Source: an uncultured bacterium
GTDB lineage: Bacteria; Zhuqueibacterota; QNDG01; CAYUAG01
Reading direction: 5' to 3'
DNA length: 64,000 bases
Assembly: GCA_964554015.1 (NCBI GenBank)
Contig: CAZKMO010000001.1
Location: 22,756-86,755 of the forward strand
Shown here: positions 9,692 to 18,576 of the stretch, piece by piece
Layout: the number at the start of each line of letters is the position of its first letter
Numbering within the stretch: position 1 is the first letter of the stretch
The notes under the pieces: model-generated
The model's input: the letters and a program-made list of their open reading frames with translations, nothing else
The model's database searches: none
What the model was told of the DNA's origin: nothing
Position numbers and translations under genes: made by a program

Positions 9692-10681
9692 ATGAATATT
9701 TCTGAACGTATACCAAAAATTGAAATACGTAACTTTTTACCCAATCAAGGATTTGCAGTACAGAGAAATAAAATCCTTCGCGGACTGACTGGCAGGAACA
9801 AATATATCTCCAGCATTTTTTTCTATGATGATACAGGATCAAAACTTTTTGAACAAATAACCAGGCTTCCTGAATATTATCCTCCCCGGAAAGAAATGCT
9901 ATTACTTAAAAAAATTACCTCCCTGATTAAAAATGAACTAAAAGATATTGATATAGTTGAATTGGGAAGCGGTGACTGCTCTAAAATTTCCATTCTTTTA
10001 AAATCCGTCCCTCCCCATTTTAGAAAAACCATTCGTTACCTTCCTTTTGACGTATCTATGGGAACGATTGAAAAATCAGCAAAAACACTTGTAAAAAAAT
10101 TCCCCTATATTACCATCCTGGGTATTGTAGCAGATTTTCACACTCAGCTCCATTTAATTCCCCGGGAGAGAAAACGCATATTCTGTTTTTTCGGCAGTAC
10201 AATTGGAAATTTTACTCCTCCCAAAGCGGAAGAATTCATAAGTAATCTGAACAATATCATGAATCCGGGAGAAATGCTGTTACTCAGTTTTGACCTGGTA
10301 AAAGAAAAAGATATTCTGGAAAAAGCATACAATGACAGTCAAAAAATAACTGCAAAGTTTAATCGTAACATTTTAAATGTTGCCAACAGATATGCAAAAA
10401 CCAATTTTGATCCTCAAGACTTTCAGCACCTGGCATTTTATAACCCTCAATGCTCCCGAATTGAAATGCACCTTAAGGCTAAAAGAGACATTACCATTAA
10501 CTCCCCCTATTTAAATCAGAGCAGTATCATCAATAAGGGAGAAACCATCCATACTGAATATTCTCACAAGTTTGCTTTGAATACCATTCAAGCTCTGGTT
10601 GAGGGCAGTCAGCTTACCATTCAAAATATTTTTACTGATAAAAAAAAATGGTTTGCAGTAAGCCAACTCATTAAACAATGA
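9692..10681 (+). CDS. egtD: L-histidine N-alpha-methyltransferase (EgtD/EanA family).
   Basis: The motif FFYDDTGSKLFEQITRLPEYYPPRKE matches the EgtD signature (F-Y-D-x-x-G-S-x-L-F-E-x-I-x-x-L-P-E-Y-Y-P-T-R). The methyltransferase motif ELGSGDCSKI is present. Confidence 0.75.
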   Translation: MNISERIPKIEIRNFLPNQGFAVQRNKILRGLTGRNKYISSIFFYDDTGSKLFEQITRLPEYYPPRKEMLLLKKITSLIKNELKDIDIVELGSGDCSKISILLKSVPPHFRKTIRYLPFDVSMGTIEKSAKTLVKKFPYITILGIVADFHTQLHLIPRERKRIFCFFGSTIGNFTPPKAEEFISNLNNIMNPGEMLLLSFDLVKEKDILEKAYNDSQKITAKFNRNILNVANRYAKTNFDPQDFQHLAFYNPQCSRIEMHLKAKRDITINSPYLNQSSIINKGETIHTEYSHKFALNTIQALVEGSQLTIQNIFTDKKKWFAVSQLIKQ

Positions 10682-10690
10682 AATTCATAT

Positions 10691-11908
10691 ATGTATGATA
10701 TAAATAAAATTCGGGCTGATTTTCCTATTCTGGGGGAAAAAATCTATGATAAGCCATTAGTTTATCTTGATAATGCCGCCACTACCCAAAAACCCCAAAA
10801 GGTGCTTGATGCCATATTCGAATTTTATTCCTCTATAAACAGTAACATTCACCGGGGTGTCCACTTCCTTAGTGAGCAAGCAAGCACTGCTTATGAAGAG
10901 GCAAGAGAAACGGTAAAAAAATACATAAATGCGAAAAAAATTTCAGAAATAATATTTACCCAGGGAACCACTGACTCAATAAACATGGTGGCTGACTCTT
11001 TTGGGAGGGCATGTATAAACCAAGGAGATGAAATTATTATTTCTGAGATGGAGCATCATTCCAATATAGTGCCCTGGCAAATGCTTGGTGAGCATAAGGG
11101 TGCAGTTCTCAAGATAATTCCTATTAACCAAGATGGAACTCTCAACCTGAAAAGATTAAAAACGCTCATTACTGACAAAACCAGACTTATTGCAGTGACC
11201 TATGTATCTAATGTATTGGGAATTATATATCCGGTTAAGAAAATTATCGACGTAGCCCACCTGCGGAATATACCGGTACTGATCGATGGCGCCCAGGCAG
11301 TTCAGCACCGCCCGGTCGATGTTCAAAGTTTAGACTGTGATTTTTTTGCCTTTTCCGGACATAAAATGTATGCCGGAACCGGAATAGGAGTTTTATATGC
11401 CAAGCAAAAATGGCTGGATACCATGCCTCCTTACCGATATGGCGGAGGTATGATTTCCAGCGTAAATTTTGAAAAAACCTCATTTCTAAAACCGCCCCAT
11501 AATTTTGAAGCAGGCACTCCTAATATTGCCGGGGCAGTAAGTCTTAAGGCAGCAATTGAATATATAAATTATATTGGATTAAAAAACATTACTGACCAGG
11601 AAATGAAATTATATAATTATGCCCTGAATAGGCTTAGCCGGTTGCCGGGACTAACTGTATATGGAAAAGCAGAAAACAGGTGTGGAGCACTATCATTTAA
11701 TTTGCATGACATTCATCCCTATGATGCTGGCTCCCTACTGGATAAAATGGGGATTGCCGTGCGCACCGGCAAGCATTGTGCCGAACCCTTAATGAACCGA
11801 TTCAAAATACAGGGATCCATTCGGGCCAGCTTTGCTATGTATAATAATAAACAAGAAGTTGATATTTTAATAGACGGAATAAAAAAAGTACAGCAAATGC
11901 TAAAATAA
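10691..11908 (+). CDS. sufS: Cysteine desulfurase, SufS/CsdA group II (PLP-dependent).
   Basis: The N-terminal DFPIL...YLDNAATTQKP is present. The PLP lysine lies in FSGHKMYAGTGIGVLY. The catalytic Cys loop RTGKHCAEPL is present. Confidence 0.8.
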   Translation: MYDINKIRADFPILGEKIYDKPLVYLDNAATTQKPQKVLDAIFEFYSSINSNIHRGVHFLSEQASTAYEEARETVKKYINAKKISEIIFTQGTTDSINMVADSFGRACINQGDEIIISEMEHHSNIVPWQMLGEHKGAVLKIIPINQDGTLNLKRLKTLITDKTRLIAVTYVSNVLGIIYPVKKIIDVAHLRNIPVLIDGAQAVQHRPVDVQSLDCDFFAFSGHKMYAGTGIGVLYAKQKWLDTMPPYRYGGGMISSVNFEKTSFLKPPHNFEAGTPNIAGAVSLKAAIEYINYIGLKNITDQEMKLYNYALNRLSRLPGLTVYGKAENRCGALSFNLHDIHPYDAGSLLDKMGIAVRTGKHCAEPLMNRFKIQGSIRASFAMYNNKQEVDILIDGIKKVQQMLK

Positions 11909-11910
11909 CC

Positions 11911-12318
11911 ATGAATATTAATAACATTCAGGATCAAATCATAAAAGAATTTTCCGGTTTAGATGACTGGCTGGATAAATATGAACATCTGATTAAATTA
12001 GGAAAATCCCTTAAAATTTCCGATATGGATTTGAAGAAAGAAGAATATCAAATACCAGGATGTCAATCTAACCTTTGGATTAATGTAGAAAAGAGAAATA
12101 ATAAACTATTTATCGCCGCAGACAGCGATGCCCTCATAACCAGAGGAATCATATCTTTATTGCTCAGGGTTTTAAATAATCAATCACCTGATGATATTGT
12201 AAATGCTGATCTCTATTTTATAGATAAAATCGGATTAAGCTCCCACCTCTCACCCACCCGGGCCAATGGCTTGGCATTAATTGTAAAGACGATTAAATCC
12301 CTGGCCCAGAACGGTTAA
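11911..12318 (+). CDS. sufE: SufE-like sulfur acceptor protein.
   Basis: The length of about 135 aa fits the family. The conserved Cys loop IPGCQSNLWI is present. The gene immediately follows sufS. Confidence 0.7.
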   Translation: MNINNIQDQIIKEFSGLDDWLDKYEHLIKLGKSLKISDMDLKKEEYQIPGCQSNLWINVEKRNNKLFIAADSDALITRGIISLLLRVLNNQSPDDIVNADLYFIDKIGLSSHLSPTRANGLALIVKTIKSLAQNG

Positions 12319-12345
12319 GGTTAAAAATAAAAAAGGAGATGCTAT

Positions 12346-13029
12346 ATGCAACCTAAAGCTCTACTGATTGGAAACTCCGATGGCATTGGATTAGCAACAA
12401 CCAGAAGACTACTCCTAACCGGATGGAAAATCATGGGTGTATCCAGAAGTAAATCACCCCTATCCAACAAAACCTATATTCACCGGATCGCTGATGTGAG
12501 CAAAAGCAACTACTCAGAACTGATTAAAGAATTGACACAAAAAGGTCCATTTGATCTGTGTATTTACTTTGCAGGAATCGGAAAACTGTTTGATTTCACC
12601 AATATGAATCCTGAACCAAAAGTTATAGAGGTGAACCTAACCGGAATGGTCAAAACCGCAGCTGCAGTCATACCCCCTATGGTTACTAAAGGACAGGGAC
12701 ACTTCATTGGTATTTCCAGCGTGGCTGATGAATTACTCTCAGCCGAGGCGCCTTCTTACCACGCCTCCAAAGCAGGCTTTTCCCATTATCTGGAGAGTCT
12801 GGCCTTGGCTTTGAAAAATACGGGTGTACAGGTTACCAATGTCCGGTTAGGATTTGTAGATACAAAAATGGCAAAAGGTGAAGTTAAACCCTTTATGATA
12901 AGTATTGAAAAAGCAGTTGACCATCTGATGAAGTGCATCAAAAAGAAACCTGTCCGTTACACAGCACCAGGCATTATTGTACCATTGGTAAAGTTTCGTA
13001 AAGTACTGATAAAATTAAGAGGAGAATAA
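12346..13029 (+). CDS. Short-chain dehydrogenase/reductase (SDR) family oxidoreductase.
   Basis: The N-terminal Rossmann segment LLIGNSDGIGLATTRRLL is present. The catalytic residues YHASKAG (YxxxK) are present. Confidence 0.6.
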   Translation: MQPKALLIGNSDGIGLATTRRLLLTGWKIMGVSRSKSPLSNKTYIHRIADVSKSNYSELIKELTQKGPFDLCIYFAGIGKLFDFTNMNPEPKVIEVNLTGMVKTAAAVIPPMVTKGQGHFIGISSVADELLSAEAPSYHASKAGFSHYLESLALALKNTGVQVTNVRLGFVDTKMAKGEVKPFMISIEKAVDHLMKCIKKKPVRYTAPGIIVPLVKFRKVLIKLRGE

Positions 13030-13032
13030 CGT

Positions 13033-14124
13033 GTGATGCAAAAAACAAAAATAATTAAGTATTTTTATCTGGTTAGAGTATGTATCATAATTGGTTTACT
13101 AAACATAAGTATTACTATTAATTGCTCGAAAAATCCTGCTTCATCAGAAAATAAGGGAAATCGACTCGAGTATGTTGACCCTGAAGAGGTTGGTTATTCA
13201 TCTGAAAAACTCAACCTGGCAAAACAATTTGCAGAACAAAGCGGCTATGCTGCCGTAATGGCACTATGTGAAGGAAAAGTGTTCTTTTCCTGGGGTGAGA
13301 TAACTAAGAATTATTTATGCCATTCTATCAGAAAGCCATTTTTAAGTGCACTTTACGGTATTTATGTTGAGCAGGGTACTATCAACCTCGATGCAACCCT
13401 GGAAGAGCTAAATATTGATGATATCTCCCCCAGCCTGACTGAGGCTGAAAAACAAGCAACCGTAAGAGATTTATTGAAATCCCGCTCCGGTGTCTATCAT
13501 GAAGCTGCTTCGGAAGATCCTGTCATGATTGCAACCCGCCCGGAACGAGGAAGCCATCCTCCGGGCACTTTCTATTATTATAATAATTGGGATTTTAATG
13601 TACTGGGTACCATTTTTGAACAAGAAACCGAAACCAAGATATTCGAGGAATTCAACAACAAGATAGCCGGGCCTGTGGGTATGGAAGATTTTGCGATTGA
13701 AAACTGTTATTATAAGTATGAGATGGAAAAATCCCAGCATCCGGCCTATCATTTCAGGATGAGTGCAAGGGATATGGCAAGATTCGGGGTACTGTATCAA
13801 AAAAATGGAATGTGGAAGGAAAACCGGATAATTTCCCGTGCCTGGATTGATGAAAGTACAACCGCCTATTCACCTGTAGATAGCGCTTCCGGTATAGGGT
13901 ATGGGTATATGTGGGATGTTTTCCCGGAAGGTTCCTTAATAGCCACTCTAATCGGTTATTCAGGCTATTATCATACCGGCGTAGGTGTTCATGTCTTAGT
14001 GATTGTACCAGAACTAAATTTAGTACTGGTGGAACGGTACGATACAGACAGCGATTGGATTGATCCCGGAGAAGTAGGCATAGAGCTGGGGTTGATGATA
14101 ATAAATTCCCGTATAACTAACTAA
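13033..14124 (+). CDS. Beta-lactamase-family serine hydrolase (lipoprotein or secreted).
   Basis: There is a signal peptide. An SxxK motif (HSIRKPF) is present. The tail is rich in YxN/Gly, as in penicillin-binding-fold esterases. Confidence 0.5.
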   Translation: MMQKTKIIKYFYLVRVCIIIGLLNISITINCSKNPASSENKGNRLEYVDPEEVGYSSEKLNLAKQFAEQSGYAAVMALCEGKVFFSWGEITKNYLCHSIRKPFLSALYGIYVEQGTINLDATLEELNIDDISPSLTEAEKQATVRDLLKSRSGVYHEAASEDPVMIATRPERGSHPPGTFYYYNNWDFNVLGTIFEQETETKIFEEFNNKIAGPVGMEDFAIENCYYKYEMEKSQHPAYHFRMSARDMARFGVLYQKNGMWKENRIISRAWIDESTTAYSPVDSASGIGYGYMWDVFPEGSLIATLIGYSGYYHTGVGVHVLVIVPELNLVLVERYDTDSDWIDPGEVGIELGLMIINSRITN

Positions 14125-14181
14125 AGACTAATTTCTATTTAAACCAAAGATTCCTTATTTCTTAAAAAAGGGAGTATATCA

Positions 14182-14649
14182 ATGAGTAATCTTTTATATG
14201 TTCTGTTAATTTCGGCTGTAATATTCTGCACCTGTGTTGAAAATAAAAATTCGGAAGACCTTGCCCTTCAGGCAATCCAAGAACTGCATGCAAAAGATAA
14301 GGTTGCTTCTTTTCAAGGTGATATAAGGACCTTATTGTCTCTCTTTGCAGAGGATGGTATAGTGATTCCAGCGGAAGGTGAAATTATTAGAGGAAAAGAG
14401 GGGCTAAAAAAAATGCTGGAAAAAAATTTTAAAGACCAGAAAGACTATACGTTGATAGAATATAAGCATGATTTTAAAGAAATAAAAGTTATGGGTGAAT
14501 ATGCCTATGAATGGGGTCTATACAGTGGCGCCTATAAATCCAAAAAAAATGATAAAATATTAACCGGAAGCGGTAAACTGATGAGAATATTAAAACGACA
14601 AAAAGATGGAAGTTGGAAAATATCAAGATCGATTTGGACTGTTGATTAA
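14182..14649 (+). CDS. DUF4440/SnoaL-like (NTF2-fold) protein, secreted.
   Basis: There is a signal peptide. The C-terminus GSGKLMRILKRQKDGSWKISRSIWT is typical of the DUF4440 fold. Confidence 0.45.
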   Translation: MSNLLYVLLISAVIFCTCVENKNSEDLALQAIQELHAKDKVASFQGDIRTLLSLFAEDGIVIPAEGEIIRGKEGLKKMLEKNFKDQKDYTLIEYKHDFKEIKVMGEYAYEWGLYSGAYKSKKNDKILTGSGKLMRILKRQKDGSWKISRSIWTVD

Positions 14650-14950
14650 TAACATACAGTTTAATAACCGATAATAAAATCTTAAAAGCAAATTTAGCAG
14701 TAATAGTATCGTTTTGATTTCATTCAGAGGGAATATTTCATTGGGAAAAAATTGAAATAATATACGTAAGTCAAAAATCTTATTAAAAAAATATCTGTGA
14801 AAATATATTTTTGGGGAACTTTAAAAAAATTTCTAACGTTAAATGATGGGTATTATTTAATAAAAATTATTAAATAAGTAAGAATACTTAGTAATGGAAG
14901 TTATTAAATATAAGATTTTTTAGAGTAAATAAGCTCATTAAAGGCAATAT

Positions 14951-16861
14951 GTGAAAAAAAAATCTAAAAATATTAATTCTAAATTACCGTTTTCCAGACG
15001 AGAATTCATAAAAAAAACAGCCGGAGCCACTACTGGCTTACTTTTTTCTCCCTTTTTTGTTACAAAATATATAAAAGAACCCCGGAGAGTATCAGACAAT
15101 TCCCGGGTTGTTATGGTCAAGGATGATAGTGCCATTCCTACATCCGTTATTGATGAGAATGTTGTACAGGTTATGATGGATGTTGGTATCTGTGATCTTA
15201 CTGATATCGATAATGTGGGGGAAGCCTGGAAAAGTCTGTTCCCTGATCTCACTTTAAATTCTGTTATTGGCATTAAAGTAAACTGTATTAATAAATCGCT
15301 TTCCAGTCATCCCCGGGTTGCCAATGCCATTGTGCAGGGATTAAAACGTATGACGGTTGAAAATGAATCCTTTCCGGAAAATAATATAATAATCTGGGAT
15401 AGAACTAACCGGGAATTAAGAAATGCAGGATACACTATCAATACTAGTGATACTGGAGTCCGGTGTTTCGGAAGTAACCAAAATGGCGTCGGCTATTCCA
15501 AAAAATCCTATAATATTCATGGCAGCACCCAGAAACTCAGCCGGATCCTCACCGAATCCATTGATTATTTGATCAATCTCTCTGTATTAAAAAATCACGG
15601 AACTGCCGGCGTGACTTTAAGTATGAAAAATCATTACGGCACCTGCCAACAACCAGGACATATACATGGTAACTATTGTAACCCCTTTATACCAGCCTTA
15701 AATGCACTCTCACCCATCCGGGATAAACAAGTTGTTTGTATAAACGATGCCCTTATGGGAATTATTTCAGGGGGACCGGGAGGACCTCCTCAAATCACTC
15801 CCCAAAGTCTGATTCTGAGTACCGATCCTGTAGCTCTGGACAGCATAGGTGCTCAATTACTGGAGGACAACGGATGTAAATCCTTATATCGAGCTGCCTA
15901 TATTCACTCTGCTTCCCAAGAACCATATAATCTTGGTATAGATGATCCGGAGCAAATCGACTTGGTAACCATTACCTCGCCCTCTGTTCCCGGCTCGGTT
16001 TTTCTGGACCAGACCACTGTTACCCAGGGAGAGATGGTCAAGGTGAACTGGTCAGACTGGCCGGGAAAGGTGAACATCGCCCTTTATAAGGATGGCACTT
16101 TCTGGATGTATGCAGTTAAGGTCACAGACAGCAGCGGTACCCTGGATTTGGATACCACTGATTGGGAGATCAGAAATGATTACCAGATTAAGATCATGCT
16201 GCAGGCCAATGAAAATATCAGCCAGTCTTCTAGTACTTTCTCTGTTACCTCTCCATTTTCACCCGGCTCGGTTTCTCTGAACCAGACCACTGTCACCCAG
16301 GGAGAGTGGGTCAAGGTGAACTGGTCAGGCTGGCCGGGAAAGGTGAATATTGCCCTTTATAAGGGCGGCACTTTCTGGATATATGTTGCTAAGGAAGCAG
16401 ACAGCAGCGGTACCCTGAATTTGGATACCACTGATTGGGAGATCAGAGATGACTACCGGATCAAAATCGTTCTTTGTGCGGATGAAAATATCAGTCAATT
16501 CTCAAGTACCTTCTCTGTGGAAGAACCCACCGGGGAAACAGATCCCACCACCATAGAAGAACAAAATGGAGGAAAGATTCCGAAACGATTTCGACTATAT
16601 CAGAATTATCCCAATCCCTTCAATGCCAGCACTATAATTGCTTATCAATTAATGAAGTCATCCTACGTTGATCTGGGCATATACAATGTAAAAGGTTCAT
16701 TATTAAGGAGAATGGTGCATCAGCGACAGAATACTGGATTTCATCGCCTTAGATGGGATGGGACCAATACATTCGGCGTACCAGTTCCCAGTGGAATTTA
16801 TATAGTCCGTCTTACAGTGGATGGATACAGCCAAGCCAGAAAAATGCAGTTGCTGCGTTGA
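14951..16861 (+). CDS. DUF362-domain protein with a Tat signal peptide, two Kre9/KNH-like repeat domains and a T9SS C-terminal sorting domain.
   Basis: The Tat motif SRREFIKK plus a hydrophobic stretch is present. The DUF362-like core (VLKNHGTAGVTLSMKNHYG) is present. Two ~90-aa repeats (VTQGEMVKVNWSDWPGKVNIALYKDGTFW...) are present. The CTD LYQNYPNPFNAST...GIYIVRL is present. Confidence 0.55.
   Translation: MKKKSKNINSKLPFSRREFIKKTAGATTGLLFSPFFVTKYIKEPRRVSDNSRVVMVKDDSAIPTSVIDENVVQVMMDVGICDLTDIDNVGEAWKSLFPDLTLNSVIGIKVNCINKSLSSHPRVANAIVQGLKRMTVENESFPENNIIIWDRTNRELRNAGYTINTSDTGVRCFGSNQNGVGYSKKSYNIHGSTQKLSRILTESIDYLINLSVLKNHGTAGVTLSMKNHYGTCQQPGHIHGNYCNPFIPALNALSPIRDKQVVCINDALMGIISGGPGGPPQITPQSLILSTDPVALDSIGAQLLEDNGCKSLYRAAYIHSASQEPYNLGIDDPEQIDLVTITSPSVPGSVFLDQTTVTQGEMVKVNWSDWPGKVNIALYKDGTFWMYAVKVTDSSGTLDLDTTDWEIRNDYQIKIMLQANENISQSSSTFSVTSPFSPGSVSLNQTTVTQGEWVKVNWSGWPGKVNIALYKGGTFWIYVAKEADSSGTLNLDTTDWEIRDDYRIKIVLCADENISQFSSTFSVEEPTGETDPTTIEEQNGGKIPKRFRLYQNYPNPFNASTIIAYQLMKSSYVDLGIYNVKGSLLRRMVHQRQNTGFHRLRWDGTNTFGVPVPSGIYIVRLTVDGYSQARKMQLLR
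15963..16515 (+). repeat. Direct tandem duplication of about 270 bp, two copies at roughly 85-90% identity, inside the DUF362/T9SS gene.
   Basis: Copy 1 begins near 15963 and copy 2 near 16246. Both encode the SP(S/F)xPGSV(F/S)L(D/N)QTTVTQGE... domain. Confidence 0.8.
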
Positions 16862-17000
16862 GTTGAGTATAATGGTTCTTAAAAGAATTAGCTATAAGGG
16901 GATAGGGAAAATAGAGGATATAAGCAAAAGAAAAAAAATAATTAGCAAAATTTTGTAATAATAGAAGGACATTATCAATCTTGTTTGAAGGAGAAATAAT

Positions 17001-17543
17001 ATGAATCGTAAATATGTTGTTCTGCTGTTTAGCATAATCTTAATTAGTTCTCTTACCTGTTCTAAAAAAAATTCTACCAATCCTGAAATAGTCACCATAA
17101 CCGATTTGCTTCCCCAGGATAATGAAATAAGCGGATGGGTGAGCACAGGAAATACCTGGTGGGCTACCAGCAGCAGTGAATTGAACCAATATATCAATGG
17201 AGAAGAACCCGATTACACTAAATATGGATTTAGGGAAGGAGCCATGCAGAGCTATTCCGGCACTGTATTGGAAAACTCAACTATTATGGAAGTTCGGGTA
17301 TTCGATCAGCAATCAGAGGAAAATGCGCAGGCATTGTTTCAGGAATTAGCTACCCGTTTAGTTAATCCCCTGGTCTGGTCTGAAGCAGGTGAAGAGGCAA
17401 GAATAGAACGATTTTTCCTCTCTCAGAAAATTATCTTCTGGAAATCGAAATATTTCGTATCACTCACTATTGATTCAGGTTTGGATGAGGCATTGAACGT
17501 TCTTAAAACCTTTGCTACCAATATGGATGCAAAAATTTCATAA
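17001..17543 (+). CDS. Hypothetical lipoprotein.
   Basis: The signal peptide ends in LTCS (lipobox). It lies between the two DUF362 genes. A GGAG RBS is present. Confidence 0.4.
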   Translation: MNRKYVVLLFSIILISSLTCSKKNSTNPEIVTITDLLPQDNEISGWVSTGNTWWATSSSELNQYINGEEPDYTKYGFREGAMQSYSGTVLENSTIMEVRVFDQQSEENAQALFQELATRLVNPLVWSEAGEEARIERFFLSQKIIFWKSKYFVSLTIDSGLDEALNVLKTFATNMDAKIS

Positions 17544-17561
17544 TTAAAAAATTGAATCTCC

Positions 17562-18521
17562 ATGCAGAATGAAAATATAAAATTAAAAAATCCCATATCT
17601 CGAAGAGCCTTTCTGGAATACTCGGCCAAATTGGGGAGTGCCCTAACCGCAGGGATGCTTTTCCCAGGATTGCCATCAGAAAGCATCCCCTTATCCCCTT
17701 CTTCACCAGTAGTGGCTGTAGTTAAGGGAACCCCCCCCAACGCAGTCAGCAAAGCCATCGAGCTGGTGGGGGGGATAGGCAGTTTCGTACAACCTGGCAG
17801 TACAGTACTGATTAAACCCAATGTATCTTTTCCTAATTCCAAAACCTGGGGAACCACTACCAGCCCGGAAGTTGTAAAAGCTGTTACCCAGCTTACCCTG
17901 GATGCTGGTGCCCAAAGAGTAATCATTGCAGATAATACCATGCGTAAAACCGATATCTGTTTCCATAAAACTGGTATAATGGAAATGCTTTCTAATATGG
18001 ATAAGGTAAACATCATTCCCATACAACAGGAAAATTTTTTCAGGGAAGTTCCGGTTCCCGGGGGAAAAGCACTCACCAAGGTGAAAATAGCCAAGCTTAT
18101 CCAGCGAGCTGATTTGATTATCAATCTGCCCTGTGCCAAATCTCATTCAGCCACTCAGGTAAGTTTTGGTTTGAAAAACCTGATGGGACTAATCTGGGAT
18201 AGAAGTTATTTACATCAGGGAACTGATCTGCATACTGCCATTGCTGAACTGGCTTTGATAATGCAACCCCAGCTTACCATACTGGATGCCACTCGTGCCC
18301 TGATAACTGCCGGCCCTACCGGTCCGGGCAAAGTGCAGAATTTGAACACCATTGTAGCTAGTACTAATATCTTGGCTGTGGATGCCTATGCCGTAGGCCT
18401 GGCACCCTGGAATAATCGTTTTCTGACCGCAAAAACAGTTAAACATCTTTACCGGGCTTCCCAATTAGGAATTGGAGAGATAAATATTGATAATATGATC
18501 ATCCGCAAAGCTATCCTCTAA
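17562..18521 (+). CDS. DUF362-domain protein with a Tat signal peptide. It is a paralog of 14951..16861.
   Basis: The Tat-like signal ISRRAFLEYSAKLGSALTAG is present. The core VVKGTPPNAVSKAIELVGGIGSFVQPGSTVLIKPNVSF...GLKNLMG aligns with the upstream paralog. Confidence 0.55.
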   Translation: MQNENIKLKNPISRRAFLEYSAKLGSALTAGMLFPGLPSESIPLSPSSPVVAVVKGTPPNAVSKAIELVGGIGSFVQPGSTVLIKPNVSFPNSKTWGTTTSPEVVKAVTQLTLDAGAQRVIIADNTMRKTDICFHKTGIMEMLSNMDKVNIIPIQQENFFREVPVPGGKALTKVKIAKLIQRADLIINLPCAKSHSATQVSFGLKNLMGLIWDRSYLHQGTDLHTAIAELALIMQPQLTILDATRALITAGPTGPGKVQNLNTIVASTNILAVDAYAVGLAPWNNRFLTAKTVKHLYRASQLGIGEINIDNMIIRKAIL

Positions 18522-18576
18522 TAAAAGGTATGGGATTAGAATGTTATAAATATGACATTTTATATAAGGAAAATAA

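Noticed and set aside
17423-18146. Minus-strand ORFs of 238 aa and 147 aa overlapping the DUF362 gene 17562..18521.
   Set aside because: They lie entirely antisense to a well-supported plus-strand CDS with Tat signal and paralog conservation. They have no RBS or motif and are likely shadow ORFs.
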